A DNA stretch of 64,000 nt, taken from a bacterium. Its GTDB lineage: Bacteria; Hinthialibacterota; Hinthialibacteria; Hinthialibacterales; Hinthialibacteraceae. Made by a program: the position numbers and the translations under genes. Under the pieces are notes generated by a model that saw nothing but the letters and a program-made list of their open reading frames with translations, was not told the DNA's origin and did no database searches. The DNA lies in assembly GCA_963663405.2 (NCBI GenBank), contig CAXXSM010000070.1:32001-96000 (forward strand), written 5' to 3'. Of this stretch, positions 51,405-64,000 are shown in pieces; position 1 is the stretch's first letter, and the number at the start of each line of letters is the position of its first letter.

Positions 51405-53301
51405 ACCGCTCGTTCAGATTTTCATCATTCTTGGGATCACTGTTTTTTTTGGCCATATTGGAGGTTTTTGTTCGGATGGCCAGCAGCCAGTCGTCATAAA
51501 AGTCGAACCACCGAACTGGTGGGCGGATCATTCGATGAATCCGGTGCGTCTATTGATTCGAGGGAAGAATTTTGCGAACGCTCGAATAAAATCTTCGCAT
51601 GAGAGCGTCCAAGTGGAACGGATAAGGGTGAATGAATCGGGGACGTATCTTTTCGCGGATGTTCGAATCGCGGATGGAGCGCAGCCGGGGGAGTATCCTT
51701 TGATTGTATCGACGGATGACGGAAGGGCGCAGGTTCCCTTTGAAATCTCTCCACCGCTTTCAAGGGAGGGGCGTTTTCAGGGATTCTCTTCTGATGATGT
51801 GATTTATCTTCTAATGCCGGACCGTTTCGCGAATGGGGATTTGTCGAACGATGATCCCGATCAATCTAAAGGGATGCTGAATCGGCGGAAGAACCGTTAT
51901 TATCATGGAGGGGATTTGAGCGGCGTGATTGACCACCTGCCCTATCTAAAGGATCTTGGCGTCACGGCGATTTGGATGAATCCCGTTTATGACAATGTGA
52001 ATCATTTAAATGAACGGGAAACATATAATAACGAAGCGATTACGGATTATCATGGCTATGGCGCAGTTGATTTTTATGCGGTAGAGGAACATTTCGGGGA
52101 TGTGGCGCTATTGCGTGAATTGGTGGACCGGTCGCACGAACTGGGGATTAAGGTGATTCAGGATCAAGTCGCCAATCACACAGGGCCGTATCATCCCTGG
52201 GTTTTTGATCCTCCAACACCAACATGGTACAACGGAACCCAGGCCGATCATCTGGATAATGTTTGGCAGACCTGGACTCTCGTTGATCCCTACGCCACAC
52301 CTGAGACGCAGAAGGCGACGCTGGAGGGATGGTTTATCAATATTCTTCCCGATCTGAACCAGGGAGATGAAGAGACGGCGTTATATTTGATCCAGAATAC
52401 GCTCTGGTGGATCGGTATGACGGGGATTGATGAAATTCGGCAGGACACACTTCCATACGTTCACCGGCGGTTTTGGCGGGATTGGATGGCGGCCATCAAA
52501 CGGGAATACCCTCGATTCAAAGTGGTGGGAGAAATGTGGGATGGAAGCGCGCCAAAGGTTGCGTTCTTCCAGGGAGGCGTGGAACGATTTGATGGGATTG
52601 ATTCCGGTATTGACGCGCTGTTCGATTTTCCGCTCTATTATCCGCTGCGGCGCGCGTTCGCTGAAGGGAAGAGCGTTCGTGAACTCGCGATCGCATTGAG
52701 TCAGGATCCATTGTATACCGATCCGGATATGCTGGTTACGTTTGTGAGTCTGCATGATGTCTCCCGGTTCATGCATGAAACCAACGCGACGGTGGATGGA
52801 TTGAAATTGGCGTTTACGTTTATCATGACTGCGCGGGGGATTCCCTTGATTTATTATGGAGATGAGATCGCCATGCGTGGCGGTGGCGATCCAGACAACC
52901 GGCGTGATTTTCCAGGAGGGTGGCCGGATGATCCACGGGACGCGTTTACTCATGAAGGACGTTCAGCGGCTGAACAGGATATTTTCGAACATGTGCGGCG
53001 GTTGGGGCGTCTTCGCGGAAAACTCGTTCCATTACGGCGTGGACGAACGATGAATCTATTGGTACACGAACAACAATATATTTATGCGCGTGTAGATAAT
53101 GGGAGCGTTGTCATTGTAGCTTTGAATAATGGACCGGAACGGGTGGATATCGACTGTCCTGTAAACGCGTTAGGATTTTCGGACGGAATGGTTTTGGTGG
53201 ATTGTTTGGAGGGTCATCCTAATATAAGGGTGAAGGATAAGCGGATACATCTCAACCTGAATCCCAGGAGTGGATCTGTATTTACGATTGAAACTGAATA
53301 G
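51394..53301 (+). CDS. GH13 alpha-amylase / cyclomaltodextrinase
   Basis: KVEPPNWW N-domain, YLLMPDRFANGD, YHGY, DQVANH, RQDT, GEMW, LHD. Confidence 0.93.
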   Translation: MKGKPLVQIFIILGITVFFGHIGGFCSDGQQPVVIKVEPPNWWADHSMNPVRLLIRGKNFANARIKSSHESVQVERIRVNESGTYLFADVRIADGAQPGEYPLIVSTDDGRAQVPFEISPPLSREGRFQGFSSDDVIYLLMPDRFANGDLSNDDPDQSKGMLNRRKNRYYHGGDLSGVIDHLPYLKDLGVTAIWMNPVYDNVNHLNERETYNNEAITDYHGYGAVDFYAVEEHFGDVALLRELVDRSHELGIKVIQDQVANHTGPYHPWVFDPPTPTWYNGTQADHLDNVWQTWTLVDPYATPETQKATLEGWFINILPDLNQGDEETALYLIQNTLWWIGMTGIDEIRQDTLPYVHRRFWRDWMAAIKREYPRFKVVGEMWDGSAPKVAFFQGGVERFDGIDSGIDALFDFPLYYPLRRAFAEGKSVRELAIALSQDPLYTDPDMLVTFVSLHDVSRFMHETNATVDGLKLAFTFIMTARGIPLIYYGDEIAMRGGGDPDNRRDFPGGWPDDPRDAFTHEGRSAAEQDIFEHVRRLGRLRGKLVPLRRGRTMNLLVHEQQYIYARVDNGSVVIVALNNGPERVDIDCPVNALGFSDGMVLVDCLEGHPNIRVKDKRIHLNLNPRSGSVFTIETE

Positions 53302-53303
53302 GA

Positions 53304-56300
53304 TTATTGAGGAATCCCCTCAGCGCTTGCGTATCCCAAGGCGGCCAGTTCGGAGGGGGTGAGTGTGATGTCGCGTAATTGCGCGCTTCCAATGAACGCG
53401 CTGGCGTTTTGGCCATTGTCATCGGCCATCAAAAGCGCTTCGGAGTCTATCGACCAGCGGCCGTCCAAGGAGATTCCGGATAGAGACTGTACGAGTTCTC
53501 CATTGACATAGCTCTCCAATAGACCAGCGGACGCGTCAACAGCCAGCGCGAGCCGGTACCATTCCCGGTCAACGATCCATCCCCCAAAATTCGTTCCAAC
53601 GCCGATGCCATGTTCTGGATCGATAAACCAGTCGGCGTCATCTGTGTTCTCTGGATTTGTTTGCCAGAGGGCGACTAAGCCCGTCAGTTGGGAATCGAAC
53701 GCGATATCGAGGATTAACGTGTATTGATTGACACGCGCTCCACCACCATTCGGTTGGAAATCGTGTATGAGATGAAAATATGTGCCTTTTGAGATACGAA
53801 CGGCGTCACCTCGTTCGAGGTTAATGGGAAGATTCAAGAAGCGGTAGAGTGGTTCCACCGCCGGATCGGCCGCGTCCGCGATAAGTTTTTGGGTTCCCAC
53901 CGATGGATACAAATTTTGATTGAAATCCCACTGGCTTGTTTGGGGGGGCCTTGGAGTGGGGGTGAATAGAGATTCTATACTAATTGTTGGAGTGGGCGTG
54001 GCGGTCGGCGTCGCTGTCTCTTTTGGCGCAAGCGTTGGCTCCTGAGTAGGAGTTGGTATGGTTTCGGTTTCTTGAGTGATCTTGACACCAGGATTATAGG
54101 TTTGATTATCCGTGATTAGGATTGTATCCAGTTTCACGCCAGGTTCTCTTTGTTTTACATAGAGTGTATGTTGTCCCGCGTTTAAGTGGAATATGGCGGG
54201 GACGGTTTGGATTCCATTCTCGGAGACTGTAGTGACTTGATCCCAGATCCATGTTTCGTAACCGCCTAACGTCGTATTCCAAACAATGTCAATGCTGTCA
54301 TCCATTGCAATGTAGAAGGAGTTGCTATTTCCCCAATTGGATATCTCACGTCCCCAGATGGTGTAATCACCGGGTTTTTGAACGAGGAATGTGTATTTCG
54401 CGAAACCGTTCTCCTCTAATTCTTTTTCGTTTGGAAACCAAATAAATAGTCCGGAATCGGCTGTTTCACTGGATTCCACTGTCATGGGGGATTGAATCGT
54501 TCCTGATTCGGCGTCCAACCATAGAACTTCGCTGGATTGACCGGCCAGTTCAACCGTCATCATTGCCGGGATTGATTTTAGGGTAATCTGGACCGTATCG
54601 CTCACCGGCGCGTTGTATTCATCGTTTACGGTGAAATAGAGAGTGTAGGTTCCCGTCTCATTGGGTGAAAAGATCGGATTCGGGATTGTTGTCGAAGAAA
54701 ATTGATTTGGATTTTTATCCGGTCCCGAAAGAACAAACCATGTATAAAGATAACTCTCGTCTCCACCCGTGGCTTCGCCTTCCAATCGGACGGGGGTAAA
54801 ACTGATCCGATCATCTCCCGCATTGGCTTGGAGAGGTTCCATCAAGAGGGAGGATATTTCTTCCGCCATTGGCGCTAGCACAGTGGAATCTGGAGGCCGC
54901 GTATCCGTTGGAATGTAATTTAAATCGTTTGTTATCAGTAGTTTATCGAGTTTTGTCCCAATCTCTCTCTGTTTGATATAAAGTGTGTGCTCTCCTTCTT
55001 CAAGGTTGAAGGAGATGGGTGTTGTTGTTCCTCCATCTTCCAGAACTTGGCTGACTCGATCCCAGATCCAGGTTTCGTATCCACCTAGTTTTGTATGCCA
55101 AGTCACTTCTTCGCCATCATCCATCGTGATGTAGAAAGAATTCTGTGTTCCATCATTTGACATTTCACGTCCCCAGACGGCGAATGTTCCGGAGATGGGA
55201 ATGAAGAAGTCGATTTCGGCCAATCCATCTTCCGCGCCGAGTAAGTTGTTCGGTACCCAGATATAGTGTAGGGATTGATCTTGTGTACTCGTAGCAATCG
55301 TCATGGGTGGGAAGGTGAATCCAGACTCAGCTTCGAATACAACCGAAGTGGATGCGATTGAAATGATAACTGTATCACTGACCGGCGCCTGGATTCCATC
55401 ATTGACGGTCAAGTAAAAGACATACGTTCCCGCTGAGTTTGGAATGAAGAGCGGATCGGGGACTGTCGTGGATGAAAGCTGGCTAGGATCTGAGTCCGGA
55501 CCGGATAGGATCCGCCAGGAGAAACTATATGTCTTAGAACCACCAGACGCTTGTCCATTAAGGATGACAGGCGAGTTGATTTTTAAATCCTCTCCCGCGT
55601 CAGCGACGAGAGGCGTGGTCGTGTCGATGCTCTGCAAACCTAAGAATTTTTCGAGCCAATCAAGGAAATTATTCTTTTCCGGATCATATTTTTCGTTTCG
55701 GTTTTGGGGTAATTGTAATCGGCCGGTTCAGGCGTGTAAGTCGCCGTTGGTTCAGGTGTATTAGTAGCCGTCGGTTCAGGTGTTTGAGTCGCTGTCGGTT
55801 TAGGCGTTTCCGTTGCCGTTGGCGCTTCTGTTTCAGTTGGTGTAGGTGACGCTGTATTCGTCGCTGTAGGAACGGGCGTATAAGTGTCCGTGGGTACGGG
55901 CGTGTAAGTGGCCGTCGGAACAGACGTGTAGGTCGCCGTGGGTTTCAGGCGTGTAAGTGTCCGTAGGTACGGGCGTGTAGGTAGCCGTGGGTTCAGGCGT
56001 ATAAGTATCCGTCGGTACGGGCGTGTAGGTAGCCGTGGGTTCAGGCGTATAAGTGTCCGTAGGTACGGGTGTGTAGGTAGCCGTGGGTTCGGGCGTATAA
56101 GTGTCCGTAGGTACGGGCGTGTAGGTAGCCGTAGGTTCGGGCGTATAAGTATCCGTCGGTACGGGCGTGTAGGTAGCCGTGGGTTCGGGCGTATAAGTAT
56201 CCGTCGGTACGGGCGTATAAGTGTCCGTGGGTACAGGCGTGTAGGTAGCCGTGGGTTCAGGCGTATAAGTGTCCGTGGGTACAGGCGTGTAGGTAGCCGT

Positions 56301-57413
56301 GGGTTCAGGCGTATAAGTGTCCGTGGGTACAGGCGTGTAGGTAGCCGTGGGTTCAGGCGTATAAGTGTCCGTGGGTACGGGCGTGTAGGTAGCCGTGGGT
56401 TCAGGCGTATAAGTGTCCGTGGGTACGGGCGTGTAGGTAGCCGTGGGTTCAGGTGTGTAAGTGTCCGTGGGTACGGGCGTGTAGGTAGCCGTGGGTTCAG
56501 GTGTGTAAGTGTCCGTGGGTACGGGCGTGTAGGTAGCCGTAGGTTCGGGCGTATAAGTGTCCGTGGGTACGGGCGTGTAGGTAGCCGTGGGTTCAGGCGT
56601 ATAAGTGTCCGTAGGTACGGGTGTGTAGGTAGCCGTAGGTTCGGGCGTATAAGTGTCCGTAGGTACGGGCGTGTAGGTAGCCGTAGGTTCGGGCGTATAA
56701 GTGTCCGTAGGTACGGGCGTGTAGGTAGCCGTAGGTTCGGGCGTGTAAGTGTCCGTAGGTACGGGCGTGTAGGTAGCCGTAGGTTCGGGCGTATAAGTGT
56801 CCGTGGGTACGGGTGTGTAGGTAGCCGTGGGTTCGGGCGTATAAGTGTCCGTGGGTACGGGCGTAGAGGTAGTCGTGGGCTCAGGTGTATAAGTCGCCGT
56901 AGGTTCGGGCGTGTTCGTCGCTGTAGGTGGCAGAGTGAATGTGGGGGAGGGCGGGAATGTGAATGTGGCGGTCGGTGATGGGAGGAGAGTAAACGTCGCT
57001 GTAGGCTCTAGAGTCGCTGTAGGCTCTAACGTGGGGGTTGCTTCTTCTCCACCAGGGACCGTGAAGACAATTTCTTCAGAAAAATCACTTTCTGCCCGAT
57101 AAACATTATAGGATTTTATTGAGCAATAGTAGGTTTCTCCAGGGATTGGGTCTGTGAATGTATAGGAGGTTTGTGCGCCAACGTCTATCACAAAATCGTA
57201 AACGCCGCTTTCAAAACCGTAATACACATAAAATCCAGTTGGCGTGTCGCTTGGATCTTTATCCCATTCAATCTTTATTGGCTGAGCGTCCGCGTCCGCT
57301 GGGAAGAGAAGAGCGGTAAGAACGAAAGTGGCCAAAAGAATAATAATGGTGAATGAATCTAAGGATGTTTTTTCTCGATAAAAGTTCATTATTCTTTTGT
57401 ATAAAAGTTTCAT
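53304..57413 (-). CDS. Large surface protein: Fn3, long Pro/Thr repeat, 2x(PKD-like plus CBM-like), LamG-like; frameshifted near 55700-55950
   Basis: Signal peptide, [16 protein letters not shown]; ([16 protein letters not shown])n; ADAG..WxxLSGP twice; EAESG..NSFYI..GEHTL twice; the frame of 53304..55637 stays open upstream of its track start. Confidence 0.8.
55870..56915 (-). repeat. Coding tandem repeat, 48-bp unit (two 24-bp halves), about 20 copies
   Basis: GTAGGTAGCCGTGGGTTCAGGCGTATAAGTGTCCGTGGGTACGGGCGT repeated with synonymous variants. Confidence 0.95.
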
Positions 57414-58016
57414 ATCATTCCATTTTGGAAATTTAATATAGATATAGGAATAAAGGATTGATTGTCCTGTTAATAAAATTTATTATTTGTGATTCTCCAT
57501 AGCAAGAAAAAGAATACATGAAAAATTTCAAAACAAAATAAGGCGATTGGATCGATCTGTAAGTTCAAAATTTTACTACGAATGTCTTTCTTTATTATAG
57601 CCATGTACCGAAAGAATGCGAATATAAAAAAAATGTAAATTTTAAGGTATTTATTGTGGATTATTAACGGGTTTTAATTGTAAAGGAATTGTTGGAGGCG
57701 GGATGAGGTACGTGTTTATATGGATTTAAGTTTATGTAAATCAATGATTTATTTCTTTAGATTCTATTGAGTTTTCTTTGTGAAAAAATTACAGATTTTG
57801 AGATTATCATGGGAATGAAGATATACTATATGTTACACTTAGTGAAATTTATTAGTTCAATTGAACCTTTCTGACTTTAATATGGAATATTTTTTTACGA
57901 GGAGAAGCGGGCAGGATTTCTATGGAATTATTATTCATTTTTGTCCTGTTTGATTTCTCGTTTGTGGTGGTTTGGCGAGTTAAATCAAAGAGTTTCGAGA
58001 TTGGTGATGAGTTTTA

Positions 58017-58077
58017 AATAAAAAAAGTACAAAAAAAGGAAAAGATACTTGACAGAGGGATATAAAAAGCGTATAAT
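58017..58077 (+). promoter_or_regulatory. Consensus sigma70 promoter for rpoBC with A-tract UP element
   Basis: TTGACA (58049-58054), 17-bp spacer, TATAAT (58072-58077); A tracts upstream. Confidence 0.85.
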
Positions 58078-58458
58078 CCTTTTTCTGATCGTGGATCTCG
58101 GCCGGGAAAAACGGGTTGAAAACCTTTCCAGAATATTGATCGTCGAACGGGTATGATTAAGCAAGCACTCAACCATACGCGAGGGGCCTCATTTCGCTTT
58201 CCTCCTATTCGAACTATCTCCATAGATCAATTTAATCGTTTGAATTCCATCATATTAACCAATTTTCACGGATATGCGCCCGAAAGTCAAGAGCTAGTGA
58301 GAGATTTCTCTCGCAAAAGGACTTTGTAGCCAGTACGAGAAGAGAGTGACGCGCGGGAGAAGAAAAACGTGTCGGTTTTCCTCGCGTCGCGTTTTGAGAT
58401 ATTGAATTGCGCCGCCACTGGAACGAACTGAGAGGAATCCATTCACAGGAGACTATCC

Positions 58459-61400
58459 ATGGTGAAAAAAGCCGATACTTGTCCCTGGAGAGAACGAAAG
58501 AGTTTCGCCAAGATTCAGACCGTCATTGACATGCCGGACTTGATTGCGACCCAACAGATCTCCTACAAAGAATTTTTACAGCAAGATATGTTGTCGGAGC
58601 AGCGGGAAAAAGTGGGGCTCCAAGAGGCGTTTGAATCCATTTTTCCCATTAAGGGCCGGGATGGATCGACGTTGGAATTTGTTAATTATACGCTAGGCCG
58701 TCCGAAGTACGACATGATGGAGTGTATCGACCGGGGGATGACGTATGCGGCGCCGTTTCGGATCAAGGTTCGTTTGGTCGTGAAAGGCGGGGGGGAGAAT
58801 AAAGAAGAGCCGACGGAGATCATCGATATCCGGGAGGAAGAGATTTATCTGGGTGAAATTCCTCTCATGACCGATCGGGGCACTTTCATTGTCAACGGCG
58901 CCGAACGGGTGGTTGTCAGCCAGCTGCATCGTTCTCCCGGCGCGACGTTCAATGTGGAATCACATCATAGCGGGCAGAAAATCATCCTCGGTGGCATTAT
59001 CCCCAACCGGGGCGCGTGGCTGGAATTTGAAAACGACCTGAACGACGTGCTTTCGGTCATTATCGACCGGCGGCGGAAACTGCCGGTAACCGTGTTGCTG
59101 CGCGCGTTTGGGTATTCGAGTGACGAAGAGATTATGAATCTTTTCGTCAAGCATAAAGAGTTGAAACTCGGCCCGCGGTCGAAAGAATCGCTGATTGGCC
59201 GGATCGTCAGCCGGGACACTGTCGATCCGGAATCCAATATTACAGTGGCGGAGGCTGGAACTGAATTAACAGAATCCGTCATTGACAAGCTCCTGGAATT
59301 TGGGTGTAAGTCGATCACCGTGGTGGAAGGTCTGGGCCGTGATTTCAATATGATCCGGAATACTTTGTTGAAGGACAACACGACGGACCGGGATTCCGCA
59401 TTGACGGAAATCTATCAGACCATGCGTCCTGGTGAACCGCCGGCGTTAAAAAACGCGCAGACGTTGTTCGAGAATTTATTCACCAAACCCCGGCGCTATG
59501 ATTTGTCGCGCGTGGGCCGCTACCGGATGAATAAAAAACTCGGGATCCATGTGGATATCGACAACGTCACGTTGACCGCGGATGACGTCGTGGCGGTTGT
59601 GCGCTATATCCTCTCGTTGAATCAAGGGGAGGGTGTGTCGGATGATATCGATCACCTGGGCAACCGGCGTGTGCGGACCATTGGGGAATTGCTTGAGAAT
59701 CAGATCCGGGTGGGGCTGGCGCGGATGGAGCGGACCATCAAAGAGAAGATGGGCATCCTGGATGTGGAAAACGTCATGCCGCGTAATTTGATCAACGCCA
59801 AACCCGTGACGACAGCGGTCGCGGATTTCTTCGGCCGCAGTCAATTGTCGCAGTTTTTAGATCAAGTGAATCCGCTATCGGAATTGACACATAAACGGAG
59901 ATTGTCCGCGTTGGGGCCGGGGGGATTGAATCGGGAGCGGGCCGGATTTGAGGTGCGTGACGTTCATCATACTCACTATGGGCGGATTTGTCCGATTGAA
60001 ACGCCGGAAGGGCCGAATATTGGTTTGATCTCCAGTCTCTCTACATTTGCGCGGGTGAATGAGTTTGGATTTATCGAGTCGCCCTACCGGAAAGTGAAGA
60101 ACGGCGTCGTCACCAAGGAAATCGATTTTCTTTCCGCGGACGACGAGGACAACTGCATCATCGCCCAAGCGAACGCGCCTTTGGACAGCAAAGGTCATTT
60201 TGTACGGGATGTGGTGTTATCCCGATATCGTGAGAATTATCCGCGTGTGGCGCCGCAGCATGTGAATTATATGGATGTGTCGCCGGCGCAGCTGGTCTCC
60301 ATTTCCGCATCCTTGATCCCCTTTTTGGAGCATGATGACGCGAACCGGGCGTTGATGGGATCCAACATGCAGCGGCAGGCCGTGCCTTTGCTTCGCACTT
60401 CGGCGCCGTTGGTTGGAACGGGAATGGAGTATAAAGCCGCCAAGGATTCCGGTGTTGTTGTGGTCTCCAAACGGGCGGGAGTCGTTGAGTCGGTATCCGC
60501 CAAGAAAATTGTGATCAAGCCGGACGAGCCGCTGACGGAGAAGGACCGCGATGAATACATTCTGCATAAATTCGTCCGCTCCAATCAAAACACGTGTATC
60601 AATCAAAAGCCGATTGTCCGTCTTGGTGACCGGGTCGAAGCGGATTGGGTCATCGCGGACGGCCCCGCGACGGACCGGGGCGAACTGGCATTAGGAAAGA
60701 ATGTGCTAGTGGCCTTTATGTCGTGGGAAGGCGCGAATTATGAGGATGCGATCGTCGTCAGCGAGCGGCTGATCCATGATGATGTCTTTACGAGTCTTCA
60801 CATCGAAGAGTTCAAAGTGGAAGCGCGGGTGACCAAGCTGGGAGAAGAAGAGATTACTCGTGATATCCCCAATGTGGGGGAAGAAGCGCTGAAGAATTTG
60901 GATAGCAACGGCGTGATCCGCATCGGCGCGCCGGTCCGGCCGGGCAATATTCTAGTTGGAAAAATATCACCCAAGGGAAAAGTGCAGACCTCCAATGTGG
61001 AAAAACTGCTGCGGGCGATCTTCGGGAAACGGGCGGAAGATGTCAAGGATATCTCCTTGAAGGCGCCTCCAGGAACGGAAGGCGTTGTCGTGGATGTCAA
61101 AGTTTTCTCGCGGAAGATGCGGAGCGGCCGGGGCCGCGCGGAAGACGAACGCGCGATCAAGCGTCTGCTTTCCGACCGGGAAAAGAGAGTGAAAGAACTG
61201 CAAGCGGATTGGATTGAACGGTTGGAGAATACTCTAAACGGTATGAAATTGGCCGGGGATATTGTTAATCCACTGACCGGAGAGATTCTCTTTTCCAAAG
61301 ACAAAACGATTTCGAAGAACGATCTTAATAAATTGAAAGACGTGGATATCCGGGATCTGAGCATTACGGATGATACTGTGTTGGATAAGATCCGCATGGA

Positions 61401-62295
61401 GTATACCCAGGATATCGAAGATGTCCATCAACAATATGACAAGCAGGTGGAATATATCAAGACGGGGGACAATCTCCTGCCTGGCGTGTTGAAGATGGTG
61501 AAAGTCTACGTCGCGAAGAAGAAGCGGCTTTCCATCGGCGACAAAATGGCGGGACGTCATGGAAACAAGGGGGTTGTCTCGCGGATCGTGCCAATGGAAG
61601 ATATGCCCTTCCTGGAAGATGGAACGCCGGTGGATATCATTTTGAATCCATTGGGGGTGCCTTCCCGGATGAATGTGGGGCAGGTCTTTGAAACCCATCT
61701 CGGTTGGGCGATTGAAAAATTGGGAATGCACATCGCGACACCCGTTTTTGACGGCGCGAAGGAATCGGATGTGATTGAATTTTTGGAAACAGCGGGACTT
61801 CCGAAATCCGGAAAAACCCGTGTTTTCGATGGACGGACGGGGGAACCGTTCGCGGAAGAGATTACGGTCGGCAATATCTATATGTTGAAGTTGAATCACT
61901 TAGTGGATGATAAAATCCACGCACGGTCGATTGGCCCTTATTCTTTGGTTACGCAGCAGCCGTTGGGTGGAAAAGCGCAGTTCGGAGGGCAGCGTCTCGG
62001 TGAGATGGAGGTTTGGGCGCTGGAGGCGTATGGCGCCGCGCATACCCTGCAGGAACTGCTCACGGTGAAATCCGATGATATCGTGGGCCGCAACCGGATC
62101 TATGAAGCGATTGTCAAAGGAGAGAACGCCCGCGCGCCTGGTTTGCCGGAATCATTTTACGTCCTTGTGAAGGAACTGCAGAGTTTAGGATTGAGCATTG
62201 AGTTGATCGAAGATAAAGAACCGGACAATGACGAAGGCGAGGGACCTGGTGAAACCGCGGAAGTGAAGGAGGAGTTGGTGGAAGCGGGATCCTAA
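58459..62295 (+). CDS. rpoB: RNA polymerase beta subunit
   Basis: [55 protein letters not shown]. Confidence 0.99.
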   Translation: MVKKADTCPWRERKSFAKIQTVIDMPDLIATQQISYKEFLQQDMLSEQREKVGLQEAFESIFPIKGRDGSTLEFVNYTLGRPKYDMMECIDRGMTYAAPFRIKVRLVVKGGGENKEEPTEIIDIREEEIYLGEIPLMTDRGTFIVNGAERVVVSQLHRSPGATFNVESHHSGQKIILGGIIPNRGAWLEFENDLNDVLSVIIDRRRKLPVTVLLRAFGYSSDEEIMNLFVKHKELKLGPRSKESLIGRIVSRDTVDPESNITVAEAGTELTESVIDKLLEFGCKSITVVEGLGRDFNMIRNTLLKDNTTDRDSALTEIYQTMRPGEPPALKNAQTLFENLFTKPRRYDLSRVGRYRMNKKLGIHVDIDNVTLTADDVVAVVRYILSLNQGEGVSDDIDHLGNRRVRTIGELLENQIRVGLARMERTIKEKMGILDVENVMPRNLINAKPVTTAVADFFGRSQLSQFLDQVNPLSELTHKRRLSALGPGGLNRERAGFEVRDVHHTHYGRICPIETPEGPNIGLISSLSTFARVNEFGFIESPYRKVKNGVVTKEIDFLSADDEDNCIIAQANAPLDSKGHFVRDVVLSRYRENYPRVAPQHVNYMDVSPAQLVSISASLIPFLEHDDANRALMGSNMQRQAVPLLRTSAPLVGTGMEYKAAKDSGVVVVSKRAGVVESVSAKKIVIKPDEPLTEKDRDEYILHKFVRSNQNTCINQKPIVRLGDRVEADWVIADGPATDRGELALGKNVLVAFMSWEGANYEDAIVVSERLIHDDVFTSLHIEEFKVEARVTKLGEEEITRDIPNVGEEALKNLDSNGVIRIGAPVRPGNILVGKISPKGKVQTSNVEKLLRAIFGKRAEDVKDISLKAPPGTEGVVVDVKVFSRKMRSGRGRAEDERAIKRLLSDREKRVKELQADWIERLENTLNGMKLAGDIVNPLTGEILFSKDKTISKNDLNKLKDVDIRDLSITDDTVLDKIRMEYTQDIEDVHQQYDKQVEYIKTGDNLLPGVLKMVKVYVAKKKRLSIGDKMAGRHGNKGVVSRIVPMEDMPFLEDGTPVDIILNPLGVPSRMNVGQVFETHLGWAIEKLGMHIATPVFDGAKESDVIEFLETAGLPKSGKTRVFDGRTGEPFAEEITVGNIYMLKLNHLVDDKIHARSIGPYSLVTQQPLGGKAQFGGQRLGEMEVWALEAYGAAHTLQELLTVKSDDIVGRNRIYEAIVKGENARAPGLPESFYVLVKELQSLGLSIELIEDKEPDNDEGEGPGETAEVKEELVEAGS

Positions 62296-62335
62296 ATTCG
62301 ATCCGTGATGGCAAGAGTGAATGTTCATCCAATGA

Positions 62336-64000
<1,665 letters not shown>

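Noticed and set aside
55938-56978. 346-aa Arg/Gly-rich plus-strand ORF, or a possible CRISPR-like array
   Set aside because: Antisense shadow of the coding PT repeat; the units are contiguous with no unique spacers and no cas genes are present
59840-59930. Rifampicin-resistance signature in RpoB cluster I
   Set aside because: Key Q, D, H, R and S residues are canonical; only M to L in SQFLDQ, not a convincing resistance allele

Overview
Bacterial chromosomal window of roughly 50% GC with AT-rich spacers. The secreted-protein style (lamin-tail/CotH, dockerin-like tails, PT linkers, short VxxWxx[Y/R] C-termini) suggests an uncultured candidate phylum such as OLB16/Hinthialibacterota or BRC1/Sumerlaeota; this is inference only. 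Many genes at about 1-8 kb and 24.7-32.3 kb are split by single-base indels that look like long-read consensus errors. From left to right the window holds: an AT-rich candidate conflict/defence island (pentapeptide protein divergent from an EACC1-like small protein, a membrane-anchored caspase and a membrane protein); a complete, elongated ISL3 element with an 8-bp target duplication; an M3 peptidase; a 1590-aa lamin-tail/CotH protein; an EPS locus (wza, wzc and two tandem CapD-N-like paralogues carrying an unrecognised helical C-terminal domain); lhgO, a sugar dehydratase and a GT4; carbohydrate-binding and outer-membrane proteins; a degenerate hybrid-kinase operon; a TA module; GH20, Maf, NeuB and RlmD-like genes; a maltodextrin MFS with a GH13; a mucin-like surface protein with a 48-bp tandem repeat; and rpoB-rpoC with its own consensus promoter and no upstream rplJL. 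No tRNA, rRNA or CRISPR array was seen. The best candidates for novelty are the EACC1-like/caspase-TM module, the CapD-N paralogues with a His-less DHp-like domain, and a shared 9-residue C-terminal motif on secreted proteins.
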